From Octopus vulgaris (lineage: Eukaryota): DNA of 64,000 nt. Of this stretch, positions 11,615 to 26,071 are shown piece after piece. The stretch's first letter is position 1, and each line of letters starts with the position of its first letter. The notes under the pieces were generated by a model that saw only the letters and a program-made list of their open reading frames with translations, had not been told where the DNA came from and did no database searches. The translations under genes and the position numbers were made by a program. Where the stretch lies: assembly GCA_951406725.2 (NCBI GenBank), contig OX597816.1:160022001-160086000 (forward strand), written 5' to 3'.

Positions 11615-12659
11615 GCGTCTGAATTTCAGAGACCGTATTGTCGGTCATTCTGAAAGTGGACATAGTCAGTGTAAAATCGTAGAAAACCTTGGGATCCCGC
11701 TTTCTACAATTAATAGAGTGATTGCGCAATTCACCAGAGAGAGGAAGGAGTCCACATTACCTCGCTCAGATCAACCAGAGCCCTCTGACAGGACCCTTCT
11801 CTTTGTTAAGAGAAGGGTGGAGGATAATCCTCGTTGCAAGGCCTCTGACATAACAAAACAAGTTGATGTTAGTCCCGGAACAGCTATCGGGCATCTACAT
11901 AAACTTGGTTACTATGGCAGAGTAGCAAGAAGTAAGCCACTTTTTCAACAAGTCAACATCAAGTGGAGAAAAGATTGGGCTAGTGAAGATGGTGGAGAGG
12001 CCACTAACATTTTAGGACACTGTCATATTCTCTGATGAGTCCAGATTTACTGTATTTCCTGGCAGTGGTTGAGTGTGGGTCTGGAGATTCTGTGATCAAA
12101 AATTTGAAGTGAAAAGATTGCAGCCAACAATGAGACACGGCAGTTATTCTGTGATGGTCTGGAGAGCAATTTGGAGCAATGGTTGATCAGAGTTGTTGGA
12201 GTGTAAAGGAAACATAAACTCAGATAAATATGTGTCTATATTGTAGAAAGGACTCCTAATTTTCTCCTGTGGGGAAATGATTAAAGCCTTTTTATTTATG
12301 GAAGATGAGGCTCCTTGTCACATGGCTAAAATGACCCAAGAGTTGTTGAATGAGATTGTATGAAACCTATTGAACATCTCTGAGATACAATGGACATGAT
12401 ACTTAATAAAAAGAACAAGAAAGCTTCTCTAAAACTAGATCTTTTAAGATTATTGTATGAAAATTAGCAAGAAATTCCGCAAGAGAATATTCGTCATCTG
12501 ATCAGTAACATGCCAAATAAGGTCCTTGCACTGAAAAATGCAAAGGGCATGTCTACTAAATATTAAATATTAACATTATAACAATTAATAAATAATTTGA
12601 ATGTATAATTTCAGATTTAAATAAATTTTAATGATTATAAGGGTGTCTATTTACTTCTG

Positions 12660-12666
<7 letters not shown>
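11615..12666 (+). mobile_element. Second, 5'-deleted copy of the Tc1-like element
   Basis: Colinear with 9600-10645, shares several stops, and keeps the right TIR at 12643-12658. Confidence 0.92.
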
Positions 12667-12707
<41 letters not shown>

Positions 12708-12733
12708 TCTCTTTTTATGAAAGAAATTATTAT

Positions 12734-12775
<42 letters not shown>

Positions 12776-12872
12776 TATTATTATTATTATTAATAATAAT
12801 TATTATAATAATAATAATAATTATAAGTATTATGAAATATATTAAAAGTATTTTTAGCACCGTTTCTCAGTT

Positions 12873-12945
12873 GGCCGCGTGGCCTAATGGATAAGGCGTC
12901 TGACTTCGAATCAGAAGATTGCGAGTTCGAATCTCGTCGTGGTCG
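12873..12945 (+). tRNA. TRNAR-UCG: tRNA-Arg(TCG), copy 5
   Basis: Cloverleaf with D-loop GGATAAGG and T-loop TTCGAAT; T8 terminator at 12957-12964; unique 3' flank. Confidence 0.97.
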
Positions 12946-15384
12946 GCATAAAGGGCTTTTTTTTGTCTTTTCTTTTTGATGTCTTGATTACTGTTAATAT
13001 TTGTCTTCTTCGCAACTAAACAGAAACAAAACTTGAAAGCATGAAAATTCAGCCTTTTGTTCTCGATTATCAGTCCAATATAATTACTTGGTCATTTGTT
13101 TTGCAGCAGAATTCAACAAAAGTACTCTCACTGATCTTTTATTATTGCCACTTGTTATTCTCTTTCATCAATATAAAAAAGGGTGAGAAAGGTTTGCTTG
13201 CTTGACAAAGGCAAGAATAATAACAATCTACAGACTAACACCTTCTCTCGGTGAGAAGAAGGAAGACAGTCAGTGTCAGTGACATTTGTAGATGACGTAC
13301 GTTTGTAAGATCAATCAGATTACAATTGAGGCTGAGCATCCGGAGGGGAAAGATTGCCACAATGGGAATTGAGGGGACTTTAAACCTTGAGAAGGGAAGA
13401 TTGGATAAGTGTGTCGTAATTTTGTCATTAATAGTTTCCCATAGTTTTCTCTGTACACATACATTAAGTAAAGAAACGTCTGCTATAGCTTTTACAGGAA
13501 TTGTTGAGTTATGTCTCATTGGCCAGAGTTATATCATAAGCGTAGGAGTGACTGTGTGGTAAGTAGCTTACTTACGAACCACATGGTTCCCGGGTCAGTC
13601 CCACTGCGTGGTACCTTGGGTAAGTGACTTTTACTAAAGCCTCGGGCCGACCAAAACTGTGTGCAGTGCTTTTTTCTTTTTCTCTTGGATGCTCCCTACA
13701 AACATTCACTTGTAGGGAGCATCGCATTTGTTTGTTTTTAAACTAGAGGCAAATAAAACTGAAATACATGCTAGTTTATTAATACTTAATTGGGTAATTT
13801 TAAGATAGCTAACGGATTCATTCCATGAATGATTCGAATTTCATCCAATGCTTTCGTTGACTTCATAAATGTCCAGTTTCTTTTCAAGCGAAAGGACCCC
13901 CTCCTTTTTTTAATTGTTATTGTGGTTTAGTTATAGGAAGAAGGACAGCGCCTTCGACTTTTTGCACTGGCAAGGAAGGCAGCGGATACCAGAGTAGCTT
14001 TAGCCTGGAGATTTGATCAGAACACTTACAATAGACTGAACATAGCTGAATGTACGCATAGAACAGGTGATGATGTTAAAACTGCGAGATAATATCTACT
14101 TAAAAACAGATATAAACCATACAATGACAATGAGTTTCCATACAGATTATGTCTATCTTCACAGTTTTACTCTCGTTTAGGCAATCCAAGTCAAACCTTT
14201 GGAGTTTTGATCTGTCGATATTATGGAATTCAGTGTTCTGAGTTTTTGTTCTCATACTTTTGACTTTATGACTTTTTCCGGAATTTGGTTATTCGATCTT
14301 TTCGCCTTCGGGGGATCTATTTGAATAGATCCTCGTTGATCCTCGTTGGATGTTATGATTGCCATGCGCCTCCTCTCTATCTGTCTGCCTGCCTCTGTCT
14401 CTCTTTCACTCTCCCCCCTCTCTCTTGATTTATCTGTCGTATGCGTTTGTGTGAGAGAGTTCGTATTTCCCTCGGATTCACTGGTTTGTAAACAATGGTT
14501 TCCTGATGTCGCTTGTTTGTAGTCAACTGCGAAAGCACGTCTGAGTTTTCCGATGTGTCATGACGTTGTTACGCGATATTTTTATGAACAAAAGGCTCAT
14601 GCATACGGTTGTGTTCGTTTCCAGTTCTCCGCTTAAAAACATGTCTGGGTTATTTGTTGTCTGACAAGCATGGAAACAACTAGGGGTTGGAAACAGGAAG
14701 GGTATCCAACAGTAGAGAACTCTACCCTAACGTATTCTCGTCTGACTTATGCAAGTATAGAAAAGAAGACGTTAAAACGATGATTATGTTGATACTAAAA
14801 ATTATGATGATAAGGAAAACACACACTTATATCAAAATACTGTAAATTATAAGATTAGAATAAGATAAAAGTTATTGTGCGTAAAACTGAATAATGAATG
14901 TAGATGAATGCCAATATTTCAATATTCTTTTATTCTTTTATTCGTTTATTCTTTTACTTGTTTCAGTCATTTGACTGTGGCCAAGCTGGAGCACCGACTT
15001 AGTCGAGTAAATCGACCTCAGGACTTATTTTTTGTAAGCCTAGTGCTTATTCTATCGGTCTCTTTTACCGAACACACACACAAACATATACACACGCATA
15101 CATACATACATACATACATACATACATACATACATACATACATACATACGCTCATGCACGTATAGAGACTTACATACAGAACTTTAAGTTTCTGTGTCAA
15201 CAATTCAGTGAGTGTTGCACGTCTTCAGCTGACGCAAGCTCAATTTGCGTTGCACCATAGTCCTCTCTTCTTCCCAGCAATATTACCGTCACACGTAGTT
15301 TGTGGCTACACACACACAAAGACATATATGTATATACGTTAAGGTATGTATGTATTGATATGTTTACTCACGCGCGCACACATA

Positions 15385-15477
<93 letters not shown>

Positions 15478-16024
15478 TGCAACTGAATTCAATTGAATTA
15501 AAGAATATTTTCCACATGGAATTCTAAGATTTTTCTTTGTGTTTATATATATATTGGTTTTTATTTCACTTAGTCAGGGGTAAGAGCTATGCACTTGAAA
15601 TTTTACAAGGTCTCCGAAACCAATACGAGTGATTATGGGAGCGATTCTCAAGCCAGAAACCTGACCTGAATGCTTGCAACATAGTGGCACACAATGTTCC
15701 AAGTGAAGTTTTAAACCAGATGAAAGTTAAAGCCTACCACCTAAATATTTATTTCAGTGTTTATCATAACCATATCAGTAGAATCTTTTTAAATTCCTTC
15801 AAACCACCAAAATGTTTTCAAATTTTCACCAGATTTTTTATTTACGCTGATGTGATATGGTTTTGCATGTGATGACGAAAATTACATTCATTTTACGAGA
15901 AATTGACGATAAAAATGTGACAAATCTTTAAAATTATGCTATTTTACCAATCGGAAGCCTCCTTTGCCGACATACAAGAAATCACAATTGTCTGTGTCCA
16001 TGGGAATAACATTAATGCTGCTTG

Positions 16025-16255
16025 GTAAGGCAGCGAGCTGGCAGAAACGTTAGCATGCCGGGCGAAATGCTCAGCGGTATTTCGTCTGCCTCTACGTTCT
16101 GAGGTCAAATTCCGCTGAGGTCGACTTTGCTTTTCATACTTTCGGGGTCGATTAAATAAGTACCAGTTACGCACTGGGGTCGATATAATTAACTTAATTC
16201 GTGTGTCTGTACTTGTTTGTCTTCTCTGTGTTTAGCCCCTTGTGGGTAGTAAAGA
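16025..16255 (+). mobile_element. SINE family B
   Basis: GGCAGCGAGCTGGCAGAAACGTTAGC...GGGGTCGATTAAATAAGTACCAG. Confidence 0.9.
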
Positions 16256-16620
16256 ATTTATTAATGCTGCTTGGTCGGTCTAACAGAGCCACTAACTCTA
16301 CACAAGAACAATTAACAGATCCAGCACCACATGCACACATACTCGCACACACGCGCACGAAGACGAGACGTTGGTAACTTTTTTTATTATTAATTTCAAG
16401 GAAAAGTGGAATGTAACTTTCATCAACAACATGCAAAACTACATCAGTGTAGAAGATTTGAAAATATTTTGCTGGTTGGAAAGAACTTAGAACGATTTTA
16501 TGAGTAGATCTCATTAGTAGAACCTGAAGATTGAACAATAGGCAGACAAATTGCTTTGTTAAATAAAATTAGATGCTTTATAAATGTTAAACTGGTTCAG
16601 CATTGTAAGAAAAATAAGAT

Positions 16621-16980
16621 AAACAAGAGCACTCAGAGAGCGCAAACCTCTACCAAGGCAACGCCAACGTTCTCTCAACGATTAGCCAGAGTAGATTTTT
16701 AAAATGAGAATATCCGAAATAAACTCGACTGCTCTCACAAATGAGAATACTAAAAATGAACCTGAATTGAGTAAAAAAAAACCCGGGAAAATAAACTAGA
16801 ATCCTTGTTCGGTACCGGATCGATCCCAAAACCTAATCAGTTCGTGCCAGTCACGAGGTCAAACATTCCTGAAAGTTTCCTTCGAATCCAACCAGCGGTT
16901 CTTCAGATATCATGTTCACGGACAAACAAACAAACGCGACTGAAAACAATACCTCCGCCTTCGCTAAGGCAGAGGTAATT
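16621..16980 (+). mobile_element. Non-autonomous Helentron-associated (HINE/DINE-1-like) element
   Basis: Terminal hairpin ACCTCCGCCTT-CGCT-AAGGCAGAGGT at one end, a matching subterminal ACCTCTACCAAGGC at the other, and a short (CAAA)n tract. Confidence 0.65.
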
Positions 16981-17674
16981 ATAAAAGAATGCAAACTATA
17001 TTTTGTTGTATCCACTTCTTTGTTGTTAACCAACTGGTTAAATATCTAACCAACTGACTAACAACAAAGAAATGATATTAAACCAGTGCATGTATTATTA
17101 TTGAGATAATGCCCCCTCCCCAAGAGACAACAAAATTTGTTTCAACTCGCGAATTCACATCAATAATGTTGTAGGCCAAATATAAAAACGAAGTAAAACC
17201 GTATTTTGTTTTCTCATTAAGAAGGTGAAATGGAAGGGACTGCATAAGATATCTCTAAATATTTTTGGGAGAAGGGTGGAGTTCGATAGTTTGAGAACAA
17301 ACAATCTAATAGAGATAGCACTGCAGATTTCATTTTAAAAGCCAGGATGGTCATAGCTGGGATCTCTTTTATCATGTGTCTCCTCGGCTTGGGTTGAGTT
17401 GAGGCAACAGTAGCAGGAGCAGCAACAGCAGCAGCTGCAACAACAACAGCAACAACATATGTTAACTGTGTGGGTAAGATGGTTGTTTCGCAACCACGTG
17501 GTTTCGGGTTCAGTCTCTTTGCGCGGCACCTTCAGTCCCACTGCGTGTGACTGAACCCGGAACCATGTGGTTCGTAAGCAATCTACTTACCACACAGCCA
17601 CTCCTACGCCTATATATTTATTTTATTATAAATGCAAAACAACACCACGGAGGAGTCGATAAAAGCTTAAATAA

Positions 17675-17718
17675 TAAACCGCGATAGGTGAACCGCGATA
17701 TGGCGAGGGATTGTTGTA
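17675..17718 (+). mobile_element. pogo/Tigger-like right TIR remnant
   Basis: AACCGCGATAGGTGAACCGCGATATGGCGAGGGATTGTTGTA resembles a Tigger-type terminus followed by TA. Confidence 0.55.
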
Positions 17719-18414
17719 TTCCAATGACTTAAGCGGGCAAAAGAAAAGACTGCCATTCCCCTGTATTTGAAACACTGAGCTTCTGTTAGATTAATGCCGC
17801 TTCCTTGTATTTGGTGCCTGTTAACAATCAATATAGAATGAGAGAAGTTGTCAGAAAGAAATGGAATGGGTGCTAAAGGGTTAGCAAAATGTCAGAAAAT
17901 GGCCAGAATTTTATTATAAAGACAATAAATAAATTAACGAATAAAAGATATGAAGACAAAAACGTAAAAAGGAAGAGAAACTGGGAGGATATTATCCAGA
18001 ATCCGAGAACACTGATGAAAGGAAGGGTATAAAAAAGACGGTGATGATAGTTGCAGAAGAAGTAGGAAGAGTGATCAGGACGGGGATGTAAAACGATACA
18101 AAAATGAATAAATAAATGAATGAAAATTGAATAAATTACCCAAGTAAAAAATTAGAAATAAAGAGGAAAAACAAGAAAGTGAAAATAAAATAAGAAAAGA
18201 AAATAAAACGGAAGAAAAGAAGACGTAAGGCAAAAAAACATGTCGGCAAAAAAGTGAGTGATGTTGGCTCGGAGATAAGATGAACGGGTGAAGGTGAGCA
18301 AAAGGTCAGGGCTGGGAATAAAATAATGTAGGAAAAATGATATAAAAGTAAAGAGAAATAATAAAAAAATGAAGGGAAAGGCAGAACTACGATCGGTAAA
18401 GTAAAAAGAGAAGA

Positions 18415-18433
18415 TAGATTAGGTAGATAGTTG

Positions 18434-18530
<97 letters not shown>

Positions 18531-18557
18531 CTGGATAGATAGATTAGATAGATAGAT

Positions 18558-18610
<53 letters not shown>
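18415..18610. repeat. (GATA)n microsatellite inside a ~1.2 kb purine-rich tract
   Basis: Seen directly; similar arrays at 58886-59120, 62215-62340, 38872-38965 and 41287-41376. Confidence 0.97.
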
Positions 18611-18612
<2 letters not shown>

Positions 18613-20058
18613 GGACAAAGAGAAAAGAGAGAGTAGGACAGAGAGCATCAGAGAGAGAGAAAGAGAGAGTAGGACAGAGAGCATCAGGGAGAGAGAAAGA
18701 GAGAGTGAGAGAGATCGTAAGGTAAAAGGATGATGGACAATAAACGGTTGGTTGTCGTAGCTGATGCTTCAAGAGAGAAACAATAATAATATAAAATAAA
18801 AAGACAGCAAAAAAGAAAAGCTAAACAAGTAGATACTATAAGGACAGTAAAGTAAGGAAGCAGAGTTGGGAGGTGGGGAATACAAAGATATGGTGAAGAG
18901 AAGAAAGAGAAAATGAAAGGGGAAAGGGAATAGACAAAATAGCAGAAAGAAGACAGGCGGAAAGAAAAAGCAAAGAAGCAAGGAAAGATAATTAACAAAA
19001 AAGTAGGTTCGGGTAGAGAAGAGAGGGTGACGAAATGGAAGAACGAAGAGTTTGGCAGAGGAAATTCGCTTACTGATGCTGGTGGATAAGAAAGTTCCAA
19101 GACCTCAGAATAACATGTTTCTTGTTTAGCTCGACGTCTGCTCAGCTCTGATTGTACAGACGACGCTCTAGATATGACCGATCCGCTTTTTATTTTCTAG
19201 ACAGGCGCAGGCATGGGTGTGTCCTTAAGAAGCTTGCTCTGCAACTACGTGGTTTTGGGTTCAGTCCCACTCTGCGGCATCCTGGGCAAGCGTTTGGTAC
19301 GGCCGCAGATTGACCGACACTTTGTGAATGAATTTTGTAGGCGGAAACTGGGTGGAATCCTGTCGTATATATGTGCGTGTGTATGTGAGTGTGTGCGTGC
19401 GTGTGTGTGTGTGTGTGTGCGTGTGTGTTTTGTGTGTGTGTGTGTGTGTGAGTTGGTCATCCCATACCACTTGACACCGGTGTTAGTTTGTTTACATTTC
19501 CGTAATTTAGGAATTCGGCAAAAAGTGTCCAATAGAGCAGATACCAGACTTTAAAAATAAAAAAAAATGAGGTGGATTTATATGACTACATCCTTCGAGA
19601 ATTTGCCCTAGCATGGCCGCAGTCCAACAACGAAAACAAGTAAAACGTAAGAGATGTGTCTCTTCGACGACATTATCTACTACCTTCTAGCTGTTATAGT
19701 GATTGATATCATCTGAAACCAGTTTTAAAAGAAAGAATAAAAAAGCGCGTTGTAGTTCGCTTGAAGCATTGTAGTACAGAAGAAGAAAAGCGAATGGAAA
19801 GAGAAATAAGGGAAGCTTCTAACAATGCAGAAAGGTTTTTTTTTTTAAACTTGATATTTCGGGCGCAAAGGCTAGCTTCACAATAATACAGTCAACGAAA
19901 TGTGTATTTACGTAGACCCTACCAATTCGAATAGTCCGGTGTTTGTGTTAGTAACAGCAGTTCCCCAAAATGACAGAATCTACGCAAGGAAACAGTCGGT
20001 GGGGTGGCAACACCTGTGTAGTAAGCCCATATATGCAAGTACATCCATAACTTTAAAG

Positions 20059-20347
20059 CTGTGGTTCCTAAAGTGGGCGGTATTGCCCTCCCCCCGGGTG
20101 CGGTGGAAAGTTCCAAGGGGACGTTAAAGAAAAGTGGGGCGATAATGGAGGTAGTGATTCATGTAAAATGTGTGGCGATAAAAACAATAGAATAATGGGA
20201 TTGTAAGGTTCATTTTTATTTGTGAAATACAATTGCTTTGAATTTGCTTCAGAAAGAGGTCTATATTTGTGGTGGTGGGGTGGAGGCTCTAGAAATGTGA
20301 CCTGGGTGTCAAGGGGGCTGCAGCCTGAAAAAGTTTGAGAACCACTG
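20059..20347. mobile_element. hAT (Charlie-like) MITE
   Basis: TIRs CTGTGGTTCCTAAA / TTTGAGAACCACTG; perfect 8-bp TSD CTTTAAAG. Confidence 0.9.
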
Positions 20348-20674
20348 CTTTAAAGCAAGAAATCTCAGCTTAGAATAAATGTTGTTCAACGAAATAAAAA
20401 TCATAAAATTTTGTACGATGACTGGAATATCTATTCTTAATACGCTCCGGAAAACAAATTATCGTCGTTTTGAATCTTGATGTTCACCGTGCACGATTTT
20501 TTATCAAATTATCTACATTTTTTAAAAATAGGAAGCAAGTCTGTTTCCGGTTGCATAGAATTCTGCAGTCATAGAAAAGGATGAATTCGTCAAAAGTGAT
20601 TTTTAGCTGCTGGTTAGTTGTTGAATACCTTTTGCAGGAAGTACTGAGGGTGTTTATAGAAGTGTCAGGTTGTC

Positions 20675-20759
<85 letters not shown>

Positions 20760-21734
20760 GAGTGCAGGAAGGGTAGGACAGGGTTCTGAAGCCCAGTTTG
20801 TTCAATTTCTGTCGAATCATTTGCAGAATGTCTCTTACCTCTTACTTGTTCCAGTCATTGGCTGCGGCCATACTGGGGCACCGCCCTGAAGGGTTTTAGC
20901 CGATCAAATAAACCTCTGTATGTTTTTCTTAAGTTTGGTATTTAGCCTATCAATATCTTTGGCAGAGACTTAGGTCACAAAGACGTGAACAAACCAACAC
21001 CGGTTGTGAAGTGATGGTAGGGGACAAGCAAATTCACTCACAAAGCATTAGTCAATCTGAGACTATAGGAGAGTAGAAGACACTTGTCCAGGGTACCGCG
21101 CAGTGGGACAGAACCCAAAACACACGGTTGCAAAGCAAGCTTCTTAACCACACAGCCAAGCTTGCACCTGTGGTCAGTTGTTGAAGGAGAAGAATTGATC
21201 CTTTTTGATTGACCAATGCCGAATATAAACAGATTCAAAGAATAGTAGAAAGTGAGTCCATTTACGAATCACCGAAAGAGTGGCTATAGCATTCCCTTGA
21301 TGCATCTTCAGTTTGCGAAAGCGCTTCAATGTTTTGGTCCTTCGCCCTGGTCCAGCCACTGCATGGAACTCGGCCTGTCATGAGATACAATCCATTTTCT
21401 AAAATCGTATGTTGCAGTTTAGTCCAGAAGTAGATTGTATTTGTTAAGTAAAAGAAGCGCAGAGCAGACTTCGTAACAGTGATGTTTTCTTCTTCATCTT
21501 TAAACATCTTAAATATTTTTGTTCTTCATCTTTAAGAATCTCACCTTCGTAACGAAAATTTTGGAACCAATACTTGGCTGTAGATTCGTTGATGGTTCCC
21601 TGACCAAAGGCTAGGTTCATATTATGAATATTTTCCTGTAATTCTTTTTTATGTTACATTTTCAAAACTCTGACAATACGGTCGCTTGAAAATTTTTATC
21701 TTCAATCTGACAGTCTAAATTTAATCCTAAATTA

Positions 21735-22116
21735 AGAAGAAGAAGCACTCCGTCGGTTACGACGACGAGGGTTCCGGTTGATCCGAATCAACGGAACAGA
21801 CTGCTCGTGAAATTAACGTGTAAGTGGCTGAGCACTACACAGACACGTGTACCCTTAACGTAGTTCTCGGGGATATTCAGCGTGACACAGAGAGTGACAA
21901 GGCCATCCCTTTGAATACAGGTACAACAGAAACAGGAAGTAAGAGAAAGTTGTGGTGAAAGAGTACAGCAGGGATCACCACCATCCCTGCCGGAGCCTCG
22001 TGGAGCTTTAGGTGTTTTCGCTCAATAAACACTCACAACGCCCGGTCTGGGAATCGAAACCGCGATCCTATGACCGCGAGTCCGCTGCCCTAACCACTGG
22101 GCCATTGCGCCTCCAC
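21735..22116 (-). mobile_element. Full-length tRNA-derived SINE family C
   Basis: A box TGGCCCAGTGG, B box GTTTCGATTCC, (CTT)n tail, perfect 13-bp TSD TAATCCTAAATTA. Confidence 0.95.
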
Positions 22117-22261
22117 TAATCCTAAATTAGACAAGAATCAACGCTGTAAGTAAAACATTTAAAAATATAAATCAAGACGCAGAAATTTGCGCTTCAAAAG
22201 AGTACAGTTGGTCAATAGATTTAAGTTTAAATTATTTCAAAATAAACATGAGGGTTTAGAA

Positions 22262-22579
22262 CAGGGGTTCTTAATCATTTTGCATTTCTGGGTCCTATTG
22301 ATTACTATTTTATTCTGGTGAACCCCCATTAGCATTAAAATGTTTTTAAACTAGTTTTATATATACTTCTTTCAAAATTCCTATTTTATTTTTCACACGT
22401 TCACTTGTATATTTTTTAAATTGAACTCTGAGAATATGTTTTGCTTGCCTGAAACATGTTAGGATTTCTTAGATATTACAGAAAGAAACCTAGTTTTTTC
22501 TTGCAATAAATACATCTAAAACAAAATTTTTTTCATGGGCCCTTATAAATCTAAAATGGACTCCGATTGAGAACCACTG
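22262..22579. mobile_element. hAT MITE
   Basis: TIRs CAGGGGTTCTTAA / TTGAGAACCACTG; imperfect 8-bp TSD GTTTAGAA/GGTTAAAA; a related fragment lies near 29250-29345. Confidence 0.8.
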
Positions 22580-23189
22580 GGTTAAAATCACTGCAACATA
22601 TTTTTGGATCAACCTTACCAGTTCTATCATCATCATCATCAACACAGGGACATTACTGTGGCGAGTCCTTGGACTCATAGTGCCGGGCACCAGGTTTCCA
22701 CGGTGTATAAGTAATCCAGATTACTATACTCGCCCCCTACGGCGATCCGTCGCAGGGTTACTCATTTACAACTGACTGGAACAGCTTGAAATAAAGTAAT
22801 TTCCGCGAGAACACAACGCATCACCCGGTTCGGGAATTGACACCACCATCTTGCAATCTTGAATGCAACACACTAACTACTAAGCCACGCTAAAAATTTC
22901 ATTAATCAGATCTTATTGGAGTTATCTCCCCTGCTTATTATTTCTAAAATGTAAACATCCAGAAAGGGATATTTTATTCACTAACTGCGAAGATAAGTTC
23001 AGTAGACCGAAATTTTATAACTGACACCTTACCGTTTTAGGCACCCTATTAGGTTTCTCTGAATCTAGTTTATATTTTAATGGTACATTTAAGACCACGT
23101 TATCCATGTATCTGCTCTTTCCCTTTTTAGAGATGTATGGTGTCACTTGAGGGAGATTTCACTGCTACTTCTTGCAGGTCGCACAACTA

Positions 23190-23505
23190 TGTAGTACAGC
23201 GGTGCCTTTGTAACGTAGCACGGTGCTGCTTTTGTAGCGTATCATAGAGGTACCTTTGCAGTATAGTAACATCTTTATACCATAGCGTAGCGACACCTTT
23301 GTGCACAATATAGTGGTGCGTTTGTAATTTAGATTGGCGGTATCTTTGTAGCATATCGTAGAAGTGCCTTTGTAGCTTAGCATGGCGGTGCCTTTGTGGC
23401 GTAGCGTGGTGGCGCCTTCGTGGCGTAGCATAGTGGCGCCTTTGTAATGTAGTGTTGCGGCATCTTTGTAGCGTATCAGAGATGCGCCTTTGTGTAGTTT
23501 CATGG
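23190..23505. repeat. 24-bp degenerate minisatellite (~GGCGCCTTTGTAGCGTAGCATAGT), about 13 copies
   Basis: CCTTTGTA-like motif recurs every 24 nt; the minus ORF has 8-aa periodicity (LRYKGTAM). Confidence 0.88.
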
Positions 23506-24105
23506 AATGGTTTGTAGCTCCTTGTTGACAGAGCTTTAGCTGTTATTTCTAATGACAGCTTTGCTGCTTTTTTCTCTTAACCACAATACTTTGCAAGCAG
23601 ACTGTATAGTTAAAACAGGTTTATTACGCAAGTTTAAGATTAGTATAACAGAACTAATGAAAACATTTCTGATTTTCTCATTTCCTCGTTTGTTCTTGAT
23701 GATGTAGGACAATAGTTCTCAGTTTCACAAATTGTACACATGTAAAATTTAATTCTGTCTTGTGAAGGAATTGCTTACATAAACATTTGTAATGATATAT
23801 GATAGTTTACCCATACTTGGGTTACAATTTGACTGTTGGAGTGGTTAAAGAATTTTACATGTTATCCACACAACAATCTTCGCGTTAATCTGTTTATTGT
23901 GTACATTCTTAAATTTGCATAATCATGAACAGAGAGAGAGAGAAATAGGCGCAGGCATTGCTCTGTGGTTAAGAAACTCGCTTTGCAACTACACAGTTTC
24001 GGGTTCAGTGACACTGCTTGGCGCCCCTTGGTCTTCTACTGTAGCTTTACCGGACCTACCCCTACCTTGTGAATGAATTTGGTGTGGAAGTCCGTCGTGT
24101 ATATA

Positions 24106-24600
24106 CAGGGTAATTCAAAATGAATGGTAGAAAAAGAAAACATACATGTGATTGTTGTAATGAATATATTGCAAAAATACAGAGGTAACCTGAAAGGTTA
24201 TTTCTTCAAGTTTCTACTGATAGTCACAGATGTTCAATGTGGGCGGTCTTTGCCATACGGCAGACGTCTACCTACACGACAGTCTAGTTCTTGCCACATC
24301 CAGCATAGCCTTATCAATTAAGTCGATCGCGTAGTCTATCCGCAGCTTTAACTCATGTAAGTTCTATGGAAGCGAGCGTATGAACACCCCCTCTTTCTGA
24401 CACCCCTGAAGGAAACAATCGCAAGGCGTTAGGTCGGAGGACGTTGGGGGTGGGGTAGACCATCAGTGAGTGACCATCAGCACGGCCAATCCAGCGTTCT
24501 GGAAGATGCTGGAACGTGTCTATCGCCAACGTTGCTAGGCCCTGTCTTGTTGCATAATAAATTTGGGTACGTCTTTTTCCAAACGGGGCAACAACCAAAT
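24106..24600 (-). mobile_element. Tc1/mariner (rosa/DD41D-like) transposase 3' fragment with TIR
   Basis: LPERWIGRADG...SSDLTPCDCFLQG...NLHELKLRIDYAI...WQELD...DVCRMAKTAHIEHL* across frameshifts; TA|CAGGGT terminus at 24106. Confidence 0.85.
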
Positions 24601-24989
24601 GGACAACATTGTACCATTCATTTTTCGGGATCGATAAAATAAGTACTAGTTGCGTATTGGGGTCGATTTGCTGACCGTGTGCCAAAATTTGAAATCAATA
24701 TTTTCACTGAATGAAATAAGCATAAATAGATAAATAAGCCTCATTCTAGTGATGATTCGCTCATTAACTTAAATTGATTTTTAGGTAAGAACATTGTTAT
24801 TAGCAAATAATGAATATATTTTTATAAACATCTTTGCGCAGCTGTCATTATTTAATGATTTTGTTATCAATTTTGTGATGCTTAAAATTTATTTACTTTT
24901 TTAGGCATTGATGTAAATTCCCATGAGCCTTAAGTTGAATAAAATAATGTAAGCCGTGGAAAGTAATGTTATGAACACGATGAGGGTAA

Positions 24990-25552
24990 TATTCTTTTAT
25001 ACTCTAGCCTCAAACCCCCGAAATTTTGGGGGAGGGAGCCAGTCGATTAGATCAACCACAGTATGCAACTGGTACTTAATTTATCGACCATAAAAGGATG
25101 AAAGGCAAAGTCGACCTCGGCAGAATTTGAACTCAGAACGTAAAGACTTTACTATCCACAAGGGGCTAAACACAGAGAGGACAAACAAGGACAGACAAAC
25201 GGATTAAGTCGATTACATCGACCCCAATACGTAACTGGTACTTATTTAATCGACCCCGAAAGGATGAAAGGCAAAGTCGCACTCGGCGGAATTTGAACTC
25301 AGAACGTAGCGACAGACGAAATACGTATTTCTTTACTACCCAAAAGGGGCTAAACACAGAGGAGACAAACAAGGACCGACAAACAGATTAAGTCGATTAT
25401 ATCGATCCCAGTGCGTAACTGGTACTTATTTCATCGACCCCGAAAGGATGAAAGGCAAAGTCGACCTCGGCGGAATTTGAACTCAGAACGTAGCGGCAGA
25501 CGAAATACGGCTACGCATTTCGCCCGGCGTGCTAACATTTCTGTCAGCTCGC
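24990..25552 (-). mobile_element. Tandem trimer of SINE family B
   Basis: Three repeats of GGATGAAAGGCAAAGTCG...GAATTTGAACTCAGAACG. Confidence 0.9.
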
Positions 25553-26025
25553 GGAATGATGATGGTAATATTAACTTAACTGTTGGCCTTGTGCCAAAAT
25601 TTGAAATCAACGTTAACTTAACTTGCACTACGTCAATGGAACAATCTTCTCATGAAATCAACATGCAAATGGCTAGGCACTCCACAAACACACGTACCTT
25701 TAAAATAGCTCTCAGAGAGATTCAGCGTGACACAAAATGTAACAAGGCTGGCCCTTTAAAATACAGGCACTACACACTTTGCCAGCTAAGAAGACTGGAG
25801 CAACGTGAAATAAAAGGTTTTGGTCAAGAACTTAGCCACGCGTCTTCAATGCAGAAATTAATGAGTTCAGGACAAAAGACTTAATTTCCAGAGCAGACAA
25901 GAAGCAACTTACTGGTGATCTACATTCATTTTCAAGTTACTTGTGGCATGTTTTTCATGCCTGCCCTGAATGGAGGCGTGGCTAACATGTTTTTGGCTTT
26001 AAAATCACTAATATAAATACCAGTA

Positions 26026-26071
<46 letters not shown>

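Noticed and set aside
13800-13915. Tigger/CENP-B-like N-terminus (VLSLEKKLDI) on the minus strand
   Set aside because: The match is too short and is frameshifted.
22040-22116. tRNA-like head as a real tRNA gene
   Set aside because: There is no proper acceptor stem, and it is the 5' part of a TSD-flanked SINE; the same applies to family A and B heads.
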